Origin: Octopus vulgaris
Taxonomy: Eukaryota
DNA: 64,000 nucleotides
Reading direction: 5' to 3'
NCBI GenBank assembly: GCA_951406725.2
Contig: OX597830.1
Coordinates: forward strand, 40,548,001-40,612,000
Below the pieces are notes generated by a model. It searched no databases. It saw only the letters and a list, made by a program, of their open reading frames with translations, and was not told the origin of the DNA. The position numbers were made by a program, and so were the translations under genes. Shown piece after piece: positions 1 through 12,319 of this stretch (positions are counted from its first letter, which is position 1; the number at the start of each line of letters is the position of its first letter).

Positions 1-208
1 TCACCACCACCCCTTGACAACGGTGCTGGTTTGTTTACATCCCAGTAATTTAGCAATTCAGTAAAAGAGACCAATAACATAAGTACAAGATTTACAAAAA
101 AATAAAGTGCCTGGGGCTGTAATTCATTTGACTAAACCCTTAAACCCTTCAAGGTGGTGACCCCAGCATGGCCGTAATCTAATGACTGAAGGATAAAATA
201 TAAAAGAA
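1..208 (+). mobile_element. SINE family A, 3' half
   Basis: cttgacaac..ctggtttgtttacatccc..taagtac..ccagcatggcc..gactgaa matches the 3' half of the near-full copy at 31672-32114. Confidence 0.8.
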
Positions 209-1042
209 AAGGTTGGACACAACAATTACAGATATAAAAAAAAAGATCAGTAAAAATGTAAAAAGAAACAAAAACAAATAATTTTTAATGTAAATAATAT
301 TAAACACAAAACACAACAGTTGGAGATAGAAGAGACAAATACAGATTTACTGATGCAACTCAAACCACATATCGAGATAAAATAATATTGTTAAAATAGC
401 AGAAACAAATTATTGTATGTAACTCAAGAAGATACATCGGTCAGGCGATCTGTAGTGTTATTTGTAACGCAGTCAACCAGTAAGCAATAGATACATGATT
501 TAAGTCCCCTGTCAGTAGACTTGATTCTCTTTTCTGTTTCATATTAATGCCTGTGATGTCTAACTATAAATATTTCTAAGAGACAAGCAGTGAAAATCAG
601 ATTAGAGTCATTCTGTGAACATATATATGTACAGAGAGAGGTCGTAAGAAAACTGTGGCCAAGAGAATTAATTATTCAACTGCAAATCCTGATCAAATTT
701 TACCTTCTTCTGATAGAAACTTTTTATTAAAGCAAATGTCGCCTATTGCATTTATAATACGTAGCTCTTCCTTTGTTCATTCTTGTGTGGATTGGTTAGG
801 TCTGCAGCACAACAACCACAGGAATGGATGATCCACCTCTGTACCACGTTCCCCATAAAGAATTACAACTATACACAAGTGAAGTAGTGTTCTATATATT
901 ATAACATGTGTAACAGGTAGCAAAGGGTTTCATGGATGGCTGCACTAACTGACATTGACAATCAGATGATGCGAAAAAAAAAAGAAAAAAAGCAGAAAGA
1001 AGAAGAGGAAAAAGGGGAAGCCATTTAGACAAAGTGAAAAAA

Positions 1043-1073
<31 letters not shown>

Positions 1074-1310
1074 GAGTAAGAATTGTGTGCATGTGTGTAA
1101 CAAACAGCAATAAAAGAGATGCAAGAAGTGATAAAAGCAAATTAATCTACCAACTGAGAGAAATACGTGAGCATATGCGTGTGTATGTGTATATGGATAT
1201 ATATATATATATATGTATATGTATATATGTTTAAAGCATACATATATACACACACACACACACATATAATACATACTCACATACATATATGTCAGAAGCA
1301 CCTTTATCAC

Positions 1311-1356
<46 letters not shown>

Positions 1357-1358
<2 letters not shown>

Positions 1359-1575
1359 GGCACCAAGCTGGCAGCATCGTTAGCACGCTGGATGAAATGC
1401 TTAGCAGCATTTCGTCTGCCACTATGTTCTGAGTTCACATTCTGTTGAGGTTGATTTTGCCTTTCATCCTTTCAGGGTCGATAAACTGAGTACCAGTGAA
1501 ACACTGGGGCCGATGTAACAAGCTAACCTCCACCCCACAAATTCCAGGCTTTGTGCCTATAATAGAAAACATTAT
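1357..1575 (+). mobile_element. SINE family B (tRNA-like head, conserved central domain)
   Basis: aaggcaccaagctggcag..ttctgagttca..gcctttcatcctttcagggtcgataaa..gtaccag; similar copy at 1872-2085. Confidence 0.8.
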
Positions 1576-1577
1576 TA

Positions 1578-1785
1578 TTTATTTACATTATTTATATTTG
1601 ACAGATATTTGTCCTCATCTTGTTTGTTGTTAACAGCCTTCATCAGGTGTCTTGGGGAAATTTTGAACCTGGGTTCTCCTTCCTAAGGTAATTTTTGATG
1701 TTGTTATTATTATTATTAAGGTCACTGCCTGGAATCGAACTCAGAATCTTGGGGTTAGTAGCCCGCACTCTTAACCACTACTTTT
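1578..1785 (-). mobile_element. Probable Penelope-like (PLE) terminal-repeat fragment with half a hammerhead core
   Basis: Minus strand reads cctgatgaaggctg (1647-1634); the GAAA half of the core is absent. Confidence 0.35.
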
Positions 1786-1797
1786 AAATACAGAACT

Positions 1798-1844
<47 letters not shown>

Positions 1845-1871
1845 AATAATAATAATAATATCATTATCATT

Positions 1872-2085
1872 AGGGCAGCAAGCTGGCTGAATCGTTAGCA
1901 TACTGGACAAAATGCTTAGTGGTATTTCACCTGTAGCTAGATTCTGAGTTCAAATTCCGCCAAGGTTGACTTTGCTTTCCATCCTTTCAGGGTCAATAAA
2001 ATAAGTACCAGTTACATACAAAGGTCGATGTAATTGACTCGTCCCCACCTCCCCCAAGCTACCCTTGTGGCAAAAATTTAAAATA
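1872..2085 (+). mobile_element. SINE family B
   Basis: ggcagcaagctggctgaatcgttagc..ttctgagttcaaattccgcc..catcctttcagggtcaataaaataagtaccag. Confidence 0.8.
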
Positions 2086-2192
2086 ATTATTATAACTGTT
2101 GCGGTGACTGATATTGTTTTCATTATGCAACTTATTGTTAGAATGTTTATAGTATATGTGATGTGGATGTAAATGTGTACATAAAATATGAT

Positions 2193-2512
2193 AGGTGCAG
2201 GAGTGGCTGTGTGGTAAGTAGCTTGCTTCCAGACTTCATGGCACCTTGAGCAAGTGTCTTCTACTATAGCATCTGGCCAACCAAACTCTTGTGAGTGGAC
2301 TTGGCAGGTAGAAACTGCAAGAAGCTCATATATATATATATATATATATGTATGTGTTTGACCCCCACCGTCACTTGGAAACTGATGCTGGTGTGTTTAC
2401 ATCCCTGTAACTTAGTTCGACAAACTGTTAGAATAAGTACTAGGCATAAAAAGAATAAGTCCTGGAGTGGATTTGCTCAACTAAATGACTGAAACAAGTA
2501 AAAGAATAAAAG
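2193..2512 (+). mobile_element. SINE family A, internally deleted
   Basis: A-box-like tggctgtgtgg head, internal (TA)n, tail gactgaaacaagtaaaagaataaaaga. Confidence 0.85.
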
Positions 2513-2530
2513 ATATATATATATATATTT

Positions 2531-2770
2531 ATTCTTTTATTTTTTTTTACTTGTTTTAATCATGTGACTGCAACCATGCTGGAGCACCACCTTTAGTTGA
2601 GCAAATCAATCTCAGGACTTATTCTTTGTAAGCCTAGTACTTATTCTATCAGTCTCTTTTGCTAAACCACTAAGTTACGGGAACATAAATACACCAACAT
2701 CGGTTGTCAAGTGATGGTGGGGGGACAAACACAGACACACAAACATACATAAATACATACACACCCACAT

Positions 2771-2827
<57 letters not shown>

Positions 2828-2988
2828 ATGTATGTATGTATATATATATATAATGGGTTTCTTTCAGTTTCTGTCAACAAGATCCACTCACAAGGCTTTG
2901 GTTGGCCTGAGGCTATAGTAGAAGACACTTGCTCAAGGTGCCATGCAGTGGGACTGAACCCAGAACCATGTGGTTCACACAGCCACTC
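2531..2988 (-). mobile_element. SINE family A, tail-to-tail with the previous copy
   Basis: Reverse complement of the family A consensus with an internal TA/TG/TATG microsatellite. Confidence 0.85.
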
Positions 2989-3017
2989 TTGCACACACAC
3001 ATACACACACACACAAA

Positions 3018-3071
<54 letters not shown>

Positions 3072-3440
3072 AGACATACACACACACACAAACACACACA
3101 TATATATATGTATATAATATATACACTTTCATACATGCTTACGTATATACATACATTAACACATACATATATAAATACATACACGCATACATGCATAAAT
3201 GCATATGTATATGGTGAGGAATTTTTGATTCTTGAAATTATCTTCCATTCTCATTTGGAGTCGGTCCCAATTGCTCCCAAGCGATACTTCTATCATCTCC
3301 GAAAGTAGAGATAATTTCGATAAATCAAAGAATTTATCTCATATGGAATTTTAATATATTCTTATCTGTCTTTGTTGTTCAAATCAGCCACTGGCCACTT
3401 TGAGTTATGTCTCTTAGCACATTTTTTGTTTCATGTATAT

Positions 3441-3750
3441 AGGCACAGGCGTGGCTGGGTTGTAAGAGGTTTGCTTCCCAGCCACATGGTTCTGGGTTCA
3501 GCCCCACTGTGTGGCACCTTGGCCAAGTGTCTTCTACTATAGCCTTGGGCTGATCAAAGCCTTGTGAGTGGATTTGGTAGACGGAAACTGAAAGAAACCC
3601 ATCATATATATGCATTCTTTTATTTGATTCAGTCATTTGATTGCAGCCATGCTGGAGCACCATCCTAAAGGTTGTTAGTTGAAGAAATCGACCTCAGTAC
3701 TTATTCTTGGAAATCCCAGTACTTATTCTATTGGTCTCTTTACCAAACCG
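3441..3750. mobile_element. Rearranged SINE A (5' half on +, 3' half on -)
   Basis: 3441-3610 is the head in + orientation; 3613-3750 is the tail reverse-complemented. Confidence 0.7.
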
Positions 3751-4265
3751 TTCCTAACACTTAACTTAATGATAACTAAGTTATTTTACTAAATTCTTTG
3801 TTATATTTAGAATTAATTGAAAGAAACACAGAACATCTCAACAGAAATATGATAACAAAAGGGTCAAATAGATTTTTGTAAGGGTAGACTGAGCTCCTTA
3901 GCTGCAGTGAAAGCAATCAATGTAGGAGAAGGAAAATTCAAAAATGAATACCCTCTTCCAGCATGCCCCCCACCCCCCCATAAGCCAGCAGAGAAGCCAG
4001 TAAGGCTAATAGAACTAACACGAGGTATGTCCAATAATAATATATGGAAGTAACAATCTCATATTGGTGTGCACTGTGTCGCAAGCAGATATAGTGAGAA
4101 ATGGTGGTGGTGGTGGTGATGGTGGTGGTGGTGGTGGTGGTGGCGGCAATGATGATAACAATGATGATGATGATGATGATTCCTATTATTAGAATTGAGA
4201 TTCACCGTTTCTGAAAAGAATTATTTCACATTCTGAAAATTTCTAAATTCTTGTGGCATCAACAA

Positions 4266-4348
<83 letters not shown>

Positions 4349-4582
4349 ATTTGTGTGTGTGTGTGTGTGCATGTGTGTGTGTGTGTGTGTGCATGTGTGT
4401 GCATGTGTATTTGTGTGTGTGCATGTGTATTTGTGTGTGTGTGTGATTGCACCATCATGCACACATACAGCTGCTTCTCTGTCTACTGTGAAAGTTCACT
4501 GAAGATTAAGGGTCTGAATTCCTGATGGACACTAACGCTAAACTGCGATTGAAAATAACTACACTCGTTAGATACACATTTT

Positions 4583-4614
<32 letters not shown>

Positions 4615-5169
4615 CCTGCATGTGTCCCTGTATGTGAAGACATATTTACACACATACACACATACATGTGTATGTATGCAAGAATGCAATGTGTGTATGT
4701 GTGTACTTGTGTATGTACATATGTATGTATACATACATGCACATATATATGTATGTATATGTATGTATGTATGTATGTATGCACGCTTGCATGCAAGTGT
4801 GTGCATGTGTGAATGAATGTATGTGTATATGTGTATATGTAAGTATGTTTGTACATACACTACTGATAGAGCGACACAGCATAAAAAAAAAAAAAACTTC
4901 AGTGTACCAAAGTATAACTAGATGCTTAAAACACATATTGATTATAGATTTACTGCGAAATTAAACCACAGTAGTGGTGGTGGTGGTGGTGGTGGTGGTG
5001 GTGGTACATGTATGGGGTAGAAGGTTATACACCAAGATCTTGTCAGCACAACGAAGTTATATCGAACATGTTGCAGTTTCAAACTTCATTAAGTTCTTGT
5101 CAAGGTTCATTTAACTTCAGTAACTGCACTGTACTGTCTCTCCCTCTCCCTCCCCCTCTCTCTCTCTTG

Positions 5170-5225
<56 letters not shown>

Positions 5226-5288
5226 ACGTATATATATATGTATATGTATATATATATGTATATGTATATATATATGTATATGTATATA

Positions 5289-5330
<42 letters not shown>

Positions 5331-5510
5331 TACACACACACATATATACTCATATACATATATACACACACATACACATATATATATATGATACATATGC
5401 GTGTGTGTATAAATATTGGTACATTCACATGTAGAAATATTACATGTATGTGTGTGTGTATATATATATATATAAAAATACATATATTTGTATGTGTGTG
5501 TCTGCATATA
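4266..5510. repeat. Compound (TG)n/(CA)n/(TATG)n/(TA)n microsatellite cluster
   Basis: Directly visible; source of the [12 protein letters not shown] ORFs. Confidence 0.95.
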
Positions 5511-5854
5511 TTGATGTATATGGACGAGTGTTCCAGTTGTTCGATCAAATGAAATACCTACACAGTGAATTGTTATTCAGGTGGGTGGTTGTGTATTCCA
5601 TAGACACTGATACCATTAATGTAATCTTGAGGCTGAATCAGAATGATACAGTCTTTGACAAGTACTACCCCACCTCCTTGAACTACACATGCACAGTCTA
5701 TCTAACAGACTTCTATACAGTTTTTGCCAACCCAATTTCCTGTCTCTCTTCCTCTCTCAGCTGGATAACCATGTGCCTCCTCTTTAGCAAGAAACCTCTT
5801 TCTGCTTCTCTGTCTCTCTGTCACACTCTAACCTTTCATCATCCGAAACAAGGT

Positions 5855-6212
5855 CACCTCCTCTAATGCTCCCCACCCTCAAAATTCCTTGTCTTGTAAG
5901 TTACTTGGTGACTCTGCCAGTGCTGGTGCCACATAAAAGACATCCAGTTCACACTGTGAAATGGAAGGGCATTTGGAGGGGCATCCAGCTGTAAAAACCA
6001 TTCGAAAACTGATCTTGCTTGTGCCAGTGTCATGTAAAAAGCACTCAATCCACTCTGTAGAGTGGTTGGTGTTTGGAAGAGCATCCAGCCGTTAAAAACC
6101 ATGCCAAAACAGGCACAGTAGCCTAAGGAAGTCTTCTACATGGTTGGCTTTTGCCAAACCATCCAACCCAAGCCAGCATGGAAGACAGATGTTAAATGAT
6201 GATGATGATGAA
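5855..6212 (+). mobile_element. RTE-LINE 3' UTR-related repeat
   Basis: agtggttggt..gcatccagc..ccatccaaccca..ccagcatggaagacagatgttaaat(gat)n, homologous to 21690-21860. Confidence 0.75.
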
Positions 6213-6494
6213 GGTGAAAGTATGGATGACCTAAGACCAGTAAAAGACACTTAGTAAAGACATCACACAATAGGGTCAAATCCGGGACCTTATCTTGATC
6301 TCTCAGCCATGTCTGCATCAATGTATATATCTTTGACTTCACACATGCATAGATGAAATCTACCGAAGAAAACACCAGGTTTCAACAGGGGAGAAGAACA
6401 ATGCATTACGGAGTGCAGAGAGCAAGATGAACCAAGTTAGAAATCTTGTTGTTCCCTGCAGCCATCTCCATTCCTAGTTATCTTTACCTGACCT

Positions 6495-6680
6495 ACTTCC
6501 TAGAGAGAAGCCATGAAAGATATGCAGTGATATACATATGGAAGATACTGGAAGATCTAGCTACCAACTTTAGAATTGAGAGCTATATCAACCACTATAT
6601 AACACTGCAGAGTACCAAAGATCTCATCTTTTTCCATCTAAAATAAGGACCCAATATCTTAACAGCTTGAGTTTCTTGAA
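6495..6680 (+). pseudogene. Decayed CR1-group LINE ORF2 C-terminal fragment
   Basis: Translates as LERSHERYAVIYIWKILEDLATNFRIESY; homologous to 12320-12800. Confidence 0.65.
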
Positions 6681-7289
6681 GATGGTCACAGATGAAAGGG
6701 TGAGGTTGATAGCATGCATCTCTTCTTCACTTTAACCCTTAAATGATGGACATCATCGACTGATGCTTCGTTATAGAACAATAGACATCATCATTTGATG
6801 TCTCAAAATCCTTATATGGATATGGCCATCATCAAAGGAAAGTGAAAGTGGCACTATTTGATAATGAGATTGTAAATATAATTGTGCAAGTGACCAAGAA
6901 TTATCATAGTTTTCAGACTTATTTAAAGTGATAATAAGTATAATGATTACCCTTATGAAAAAGTGTTTTGCTTAAGAACACAATGCCCCACCCTGTTGGG
7001 GAATTGAAATCACAATCTTAGAATCATTGATGCAACACCTGAATCACTGGGCCATGCACCTTAACAATTGTGCTTCTCTTAGCTCTATAACTAAAATGAC
7101 TTTCTCTAGTTGCTTCTTTGGTTTTACTTTTCATTTTGTCAAGGAAAATTCTTTGATGTTTTTCCTGGTATTAAAAAGAAAGAGAAACCAACAGTAGTTC
7201 TGAGGTTTCTACTATTAACAGCAAACAGCTTCAGGCTATTGCAGTCTTATTTTGTTGTCCACAGTATGTTTAATATCACATGCTGCAGA

Positions 7290-7595
7290 GAAGGTACCAG
7301 GCTTAGTGGCCAGTGTATTCAGCTCATAAGTATTAGGCAATGAGTTCAATCCCCAGTGGCACATTGTATCCTTGAATGAGTCACTTCATTTCTCATTGCT
7401 CCAGTCCACTCGGCTTTCAAAAAGGGCCAGCCTTATCACACTGTGTCACACCAAATCTCTCTGGGAACTACATTAAGGGTACATGTGTCTGTGGAGTATT
7501 CAGCCACTTGCACATTAACTTCACAAGCAGGTTATTCTCTCGATCAGATCAACTGGAACACTCACCTTCATAACCGATGGAGCGCCATGTCACAT
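7290..7595 (+). mobile_element. Old tRNA-derived CORE-like SINE
   Basis: ggcttagtgg..gagttcaatccc..ccttgaatgagtcacttcatttctcattgctccagtccactcggct, similar to the head and core of the copy at 44684-45021. Confidence 0.55.
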
Positions 7596-7689
7596 GCTGC
7601 ATACTAGACATGTGTTCCCTGCTTCTAGTAAGTCAGCACAGATGGCATCTGTTCGGGGGGGGGGGACATACAGTTCTTCGATCTTTTAA

Positions 7690-8080
7690 TTGCCTTTTCT
7701 ATTTGGTTTTTTTTTTCTACTCTAAGCACAAAGCCCAAAATTTTTGGGGAGGGAGGCATTCGATTAGATCAACTCCAGTATGCAACTGGTACTTAATTTA
7801 TCAACCCTGAAAGGATGAAAGGCAAAGTCAACCATGGTGGAATTTGAACTCAGAACATAAAGACAAGGGGCTACACACAGAGGGTACAAACAAGGATAGA
7901 CAAACAGATTAAGTCGATTATATCGACCCCCAGTGCGTAACTGGTACTTATTTAATCAACCCCAAAAGGATGAAAGGCAAAGTCAACCTCGGCGGAATTT
8001 GAACTCAGAACATAGCAGCAGATGAAATACCGCTAAGTATTTTGTCCAGTGTGCTAACGTTTCTGCCAGCTCACCACCTT
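7690..8080 (-). mobile_element. Two tandem or nested SINE B copies
   Basis: ctggtactta..aggatgaaaggcaaagtcaacc..ggaatttgaactcagaac occurs twice. Confidence 0.8.
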
Positions 8081-8627
8081 TTCTATTTCTTCTTTTTTTA
8101 TTTCCACAAGAGTGCCTGCATCAGATAGACTGTCAGGGATTTCTGATATGGTTTGTGTAAGAATTTAGTGCTAAAATGTTGTTCAAAATGATCTTTCCAA
8201 AATCGAAGTACCATAACTGTATTTCTAAGTGAAAAAAATAAAATATATCACATAGCTAAGGTATATTCCAAAGAATTTCTGCTTGTGGCAAACTTTAATT
8301 GCACAAAAAAAAAAAAAAGGAAGAAAATAAAAGAAAACACAGAAAGTGACAAAGCAATTTATGTGAACAAAATTTCTAATAAAATCTGGTTTGAGAGTTT
8401 GAAATATGGATAGGAGACATTTCTGCACCTTTTGACATAAAGAGTGTCTTTTAAGGAAAGAATAACCAGAATGGCAGAAGAAAAGAGCATTATGAAGTTT
8501 GCTTCCTAACAACATGATTTTGGGTTCAATCCCATTGTGTGGCAACTTGTTTTCTTCTAAAGCTTAAAGCCAAGGCTGACCAAAGCCTTGTGAGTGAATT
8601 TGGTACATGGAAAGTGAAAGAACCCAG

Positions 8628-8684
<57 letters not shown>

Positions 8685-8688
8685 TATA

Positions 8689-8762
8689 TACGAGGTGGGT
8701 GTTGAAAAGTTCCTGGCTTTGAGTAAAAGAAAATACAGGAGGATAAGTTAATTATGATTTTA
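8689..8762 (-). mobile_element. Mariner-derived MITE terminus
   Basis: tacgaggtgggtgttgaaaagttcctggcttt after (TA)n; the same terminus occurs at 9360 and 61860. Confidence 0.6.
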
Positions 8763-9080
8763 TTTATCATTGCTATCACTACACAAACCACCACCACCAC
8801 CACCACCACCATCATCATCATCATTATCATCACTGTTTTGCCGTGAAGACTTCTATGCTTGCATGGGTCAGATGCAATTGTTGAAATGGATTTTCTACAG
8901 CCGGGTGCCTTTCCTATCGCTGACCCTCATCTGTTTCCAAGGAAGGCAATAATTTCCCATTACCAGATATGTTTCCAGCAAAGATTAAAAAACAAAGGAC
9001 ACCACTCACATGAAGGTGACACTCATTTACAACTATCACATGATGTCAAAGTAATGAAACCATAACACACACACACACAC

Positions 9081-9287
9081 ATCATTTAATATACACAATT
9101 ACAAAAAAGCTACCAATAGTTTCATGCTTTAAGGTACATTAAATTGGCAGGTTCATATAATATGCCATGAGATGAGCCTGAAAGACTGTTTGGAGATATA
9201 TGGCGTATTATATGAATCTGGCAATTTAATGTACCTTAAAGTATGAAACTATTGGTAGCTTTTTTGTAATTGTGTATATTAAATGAT
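9081..9287. repeat. 88-bp-arm hairpin (9081-9168/9200-9287) with a degenerate hammerhead-like core
   Basis: Arms are reverse complements with a few mismatches; gagc-CTGAAAGA..GAAA-ctattgg-TA-gctt. Confidence 0.8.
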
Positions 9288-9359
9288 ATTTATCTCTCAC
9301 CGGATGGAGTGTGTTTTTGCTGATCCTACCTATAGTGGAAATGTAAACTCTCTATATAT

Positions 9360-9490
9360 ATGAGGGGATGCTGAAAAATTCTAGGCTTTAAGGGTACTGT
9401 GAAAGGCCTGGTTGGAGGCCCAACATTTCAAGTTCTTTTACAGGGCTTAGAAAAACTGAAGGACCACTGCAATAAGTGTGTGAATCAGAA
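9360..9490 (+). mobile_element. Mariner-derived MITE, left part
   Basis: TIR-like start followed by GLEKLKDHCNKCVN, resembling a mariner transposase C-terminus. Confidence 0.6.
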
Positions 9491-11024
9491 ACTATAAGTT
9501 GTTATTTTGTAATTGTGTATGTTAAATGATGTATGTGTGTGTGTGTGTGTTACTGTTTCTTTGCTTTGACATCATGTGATAGTTGTAAATGAGTGTCACC
9601 TTCATGTGAGTGGTGTCCTTTGTTTTTTAATCATTGCTGAAAACACATCTGATCATGGGAAATTATTACCTTACATGGAAACAGATGAGGGTCAGCGATA
9701 GGAAAGGCACCCGGCTGTAGAAAATCCATTTCAACAATTCCATCTGACCCATGCAAGCATAGAAGTCTGGACGGCAAAACGATGATGATGGTGGTGGTGG
9801 TGGTTCATGAAGTGATAGCAATGATAATGATGTTGATGATGATGTTGATGATGATGATGGTTATGGTGATTGTGGTGGTGATGGTGGTGGTGGTGGTGGT
9901 GGTGGTGGTGGTGGTGGTGGTGATGATGATGATGATACGATTAACTTGAAAGTTCGAAAACAAGTGATGGGCCTTCCATCAGAAACAGAGACAGTATACG
10001 ATCAAAGGTGAAAAATGAGAACAAAAATGTCAAACAACCTAGACGATTATTATCAAAGCTGAATGATACAAAGAAGGAAAGGAAAAAGAAAAAAAAAAGA
10101 GGAGAAAAGAAAACAACTAAACAAAAACATTCAAAACAACAGTGAAAAAATACCACAAAAGAACAAGAACCTACAAGACAAAACAGAACCGTAAGAAGAA
10201 AGTGAGTCGAAGAACAATAACAGTCATAATCTTTTCAAGTCAGTCTGTAAAATGGAGGGATGAAACATAAAAACATACTTTGCAATAAAAGATAAGGACA
10301 GCAACATAAATACAAACAAAGCTGAAGTGTGTGTGTGTATATGAGTGTGTGTGTGTGTATGTGTGTGTGTGTATTTACATATGTATATATATGTGTGTAT
10401 GGATGCGTGCATGTAGGTATGTATGTATGTACGTAAGTATGTACGTAAGTATTTGTGCACACATATATGTGCGTAGGTAGGCATATACACTTGTATGATG
10501 TAATGGTCTTTCTCATCGTCGTATAAACCAAAATTGTACTCCAGCATGGACTTAGGTGTAAATGGTTAAAATGAACTAAAGAACTAAATAAAATATGCAA
10601 AGCATATATTGTATATATTTGTATCTATGTAGTAACATACACACATATACATCTCTCTCTAGATATATATATGTATGTATGTATGCATATATATGTATGT
10701 GTATGTATAAGGAAAATAAGACAAGGTAGAAAATGCTAAAATAATTTTATCATGAAGAACATTTTAGTACCAGTTTCAGTTTTTGTGACTTTTTCAACTT
10801 AGAGTAAAGCATGAAAACCAATTAAATTGTGGAAAAATTAAGTGAAATGTTTTGTTTTTAAATATTTCCAAACTTTTCAAATGCAAGGGACATTTTCCTT
10901 TTTCCTGTCTGTCTCTGTCTCTCTTTTTTACTCTTGTGAATTCTAGGTAGTTGGCAATATGCATGTATACATCATTTTTTTCTCTCTCTCTTTTTTGTTT
11001 TCTCACCATTTTTTCCCTCCCAAT

Positions 11025-11062
11025 TCTTTCTGTCAAAGAGCACAGGCTCGAAATGTCAAAGA
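11025..11062 (+). ncRNA. Degenerate minimal type I hammerhead-like motif in a PLE-like repeat
   Basis: tcttt-CTGTCAA-A-gagc acag gctc-GAAA-tg-TC-aaaga; related copies on - at about 23085-23105 and 60565-60602. Confidence 0.45.
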
Positions 11063-11214
11063 CATTTCCATTCTTCCAAAGCGTCAAACTAATACACCTG
11101 CTTGTTGTTCCCTCACCTGTCTTTGTCTGTTGTTTTCTGTCTATTTAAACCATATAGTGGTTGTATACTCCTTATACAGAGTTTGACCACCTCCTGTACC
11201 TACACCTTAGCACC

Positions 11215-11560
11215 ATCATGGCATCTGATGTGGCTTTTTAAATCAACATTCTGAAAAGACACTCACATAGATTGCACCTCTGATTTGGACCACCAAGACC
11301 TGCAGATAAGTTCTGTTCTTTGTGGATCTTAGCATGTCTTTTCAGGCCTCCATTGGATTTGCAAACCTTCTGCTATACACTGCATTCAAAGGTGTGCACA
11401 GACATATAGGCAGAATAGTTGGTGGAGGTTCATTTTCCATGCGTTCACAGATATGAGATTTGAGGCCAGCAAAAGGCAGGCATGGTTTGTCACAGACTGT
11501 GCACACAAAAAGGTCATTGTCATTCACCTTCTTGATTGTTACATTCTTCCTTAGATCTCT
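11215..11560 (-). pseudogene. Decayed segment encoding three C2H2 zinc fingers, probably a LINE ORF C-terminus
   Basis: FVCTVCDKPCLPFAGLKSH / FECSV*QKVCKSNGGLKRHAKIH / RCNLCECLF..KSHIRCH, with frameshifts and stops. Confidence 0.65.
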
Positions 11561-12039
11561 TTTGAATCTTACTTGCGTTATCCTGGGGTTAAGTTCACAG
11601 GTGATTTAAATGATTAGGTATGCTAGGTAAGTGCTGTAATGGATTACTAGGGCTCCAAGGTTATAGCCAAGATGGCAGTTATGGAGCCATTGCAGATTTC
11701 CAATGCAGCAGATATATAATTGTTAAAGAGGACAACGAACATTAAGGCAAGGCAAACATCTCAAGTTGTATACAGAACATAAATCAAATACTCTTAGTGG
11801 TGGACATGAAAACCCTACGTACAAGAGATACTGAAAAAATATTGCAGGAGCAAAAAATACCAAATCTATTTTTGTGTTGGATAATTAACATCATTACAGG
11901 AATGGCAGTGAAATTTAATTACACAGTCAAGGAGCTAAACACTCCTAAAGAAAGCTTTTGTCTACTAAGTACAAAGATAAGCTTAACTGATTGAAGTCTT
12001 TCATTTTGTCACCACAAAGCATCAAACACAAAGCATCAA

Positions 12040-12250
12040 GATGGTGAACTGGCAGAGACGTTAGCATGCCGGGTGAAATGCTTAGCGATATTTCTTCTGT
12101 CTTCATGTTCTGAGTTCAAATTCCGCCAAGGTCGACTTTGCCTTTCATCTTTTCGGGGTCGATAAATTAAGTACCAGTTGCGTACTGGGGTCGGTCTGAT
12201 CGACTGGCCACCTCCCCAAAATATCAGGCCTTGTGCCTAGAGTAGAAAAG
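12040..12250 (+). mobile_element. SINE B with 12-bp TSD
   Basis: acaaagcatcaa at 12028-12039 and 12251-12262 flanks the element. Confidence 0.9.
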
Positions 12251-12319
12251 ACAAAGCATCAAACTGGTGATGGAACTTGAGGTAATCCAGCGCCACTACA
12301 CACAGATTGATTTCGTGAA

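Larger units (their letters stand above)
8763..9826. repeat. Large inverted duplication, arms about 8763-9122 and 9488-9826
   Basis: Arms are close reverse complements, including the non-SINE flank cattgctatcact/agtgatagcaatg. Confidence 0.9.
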
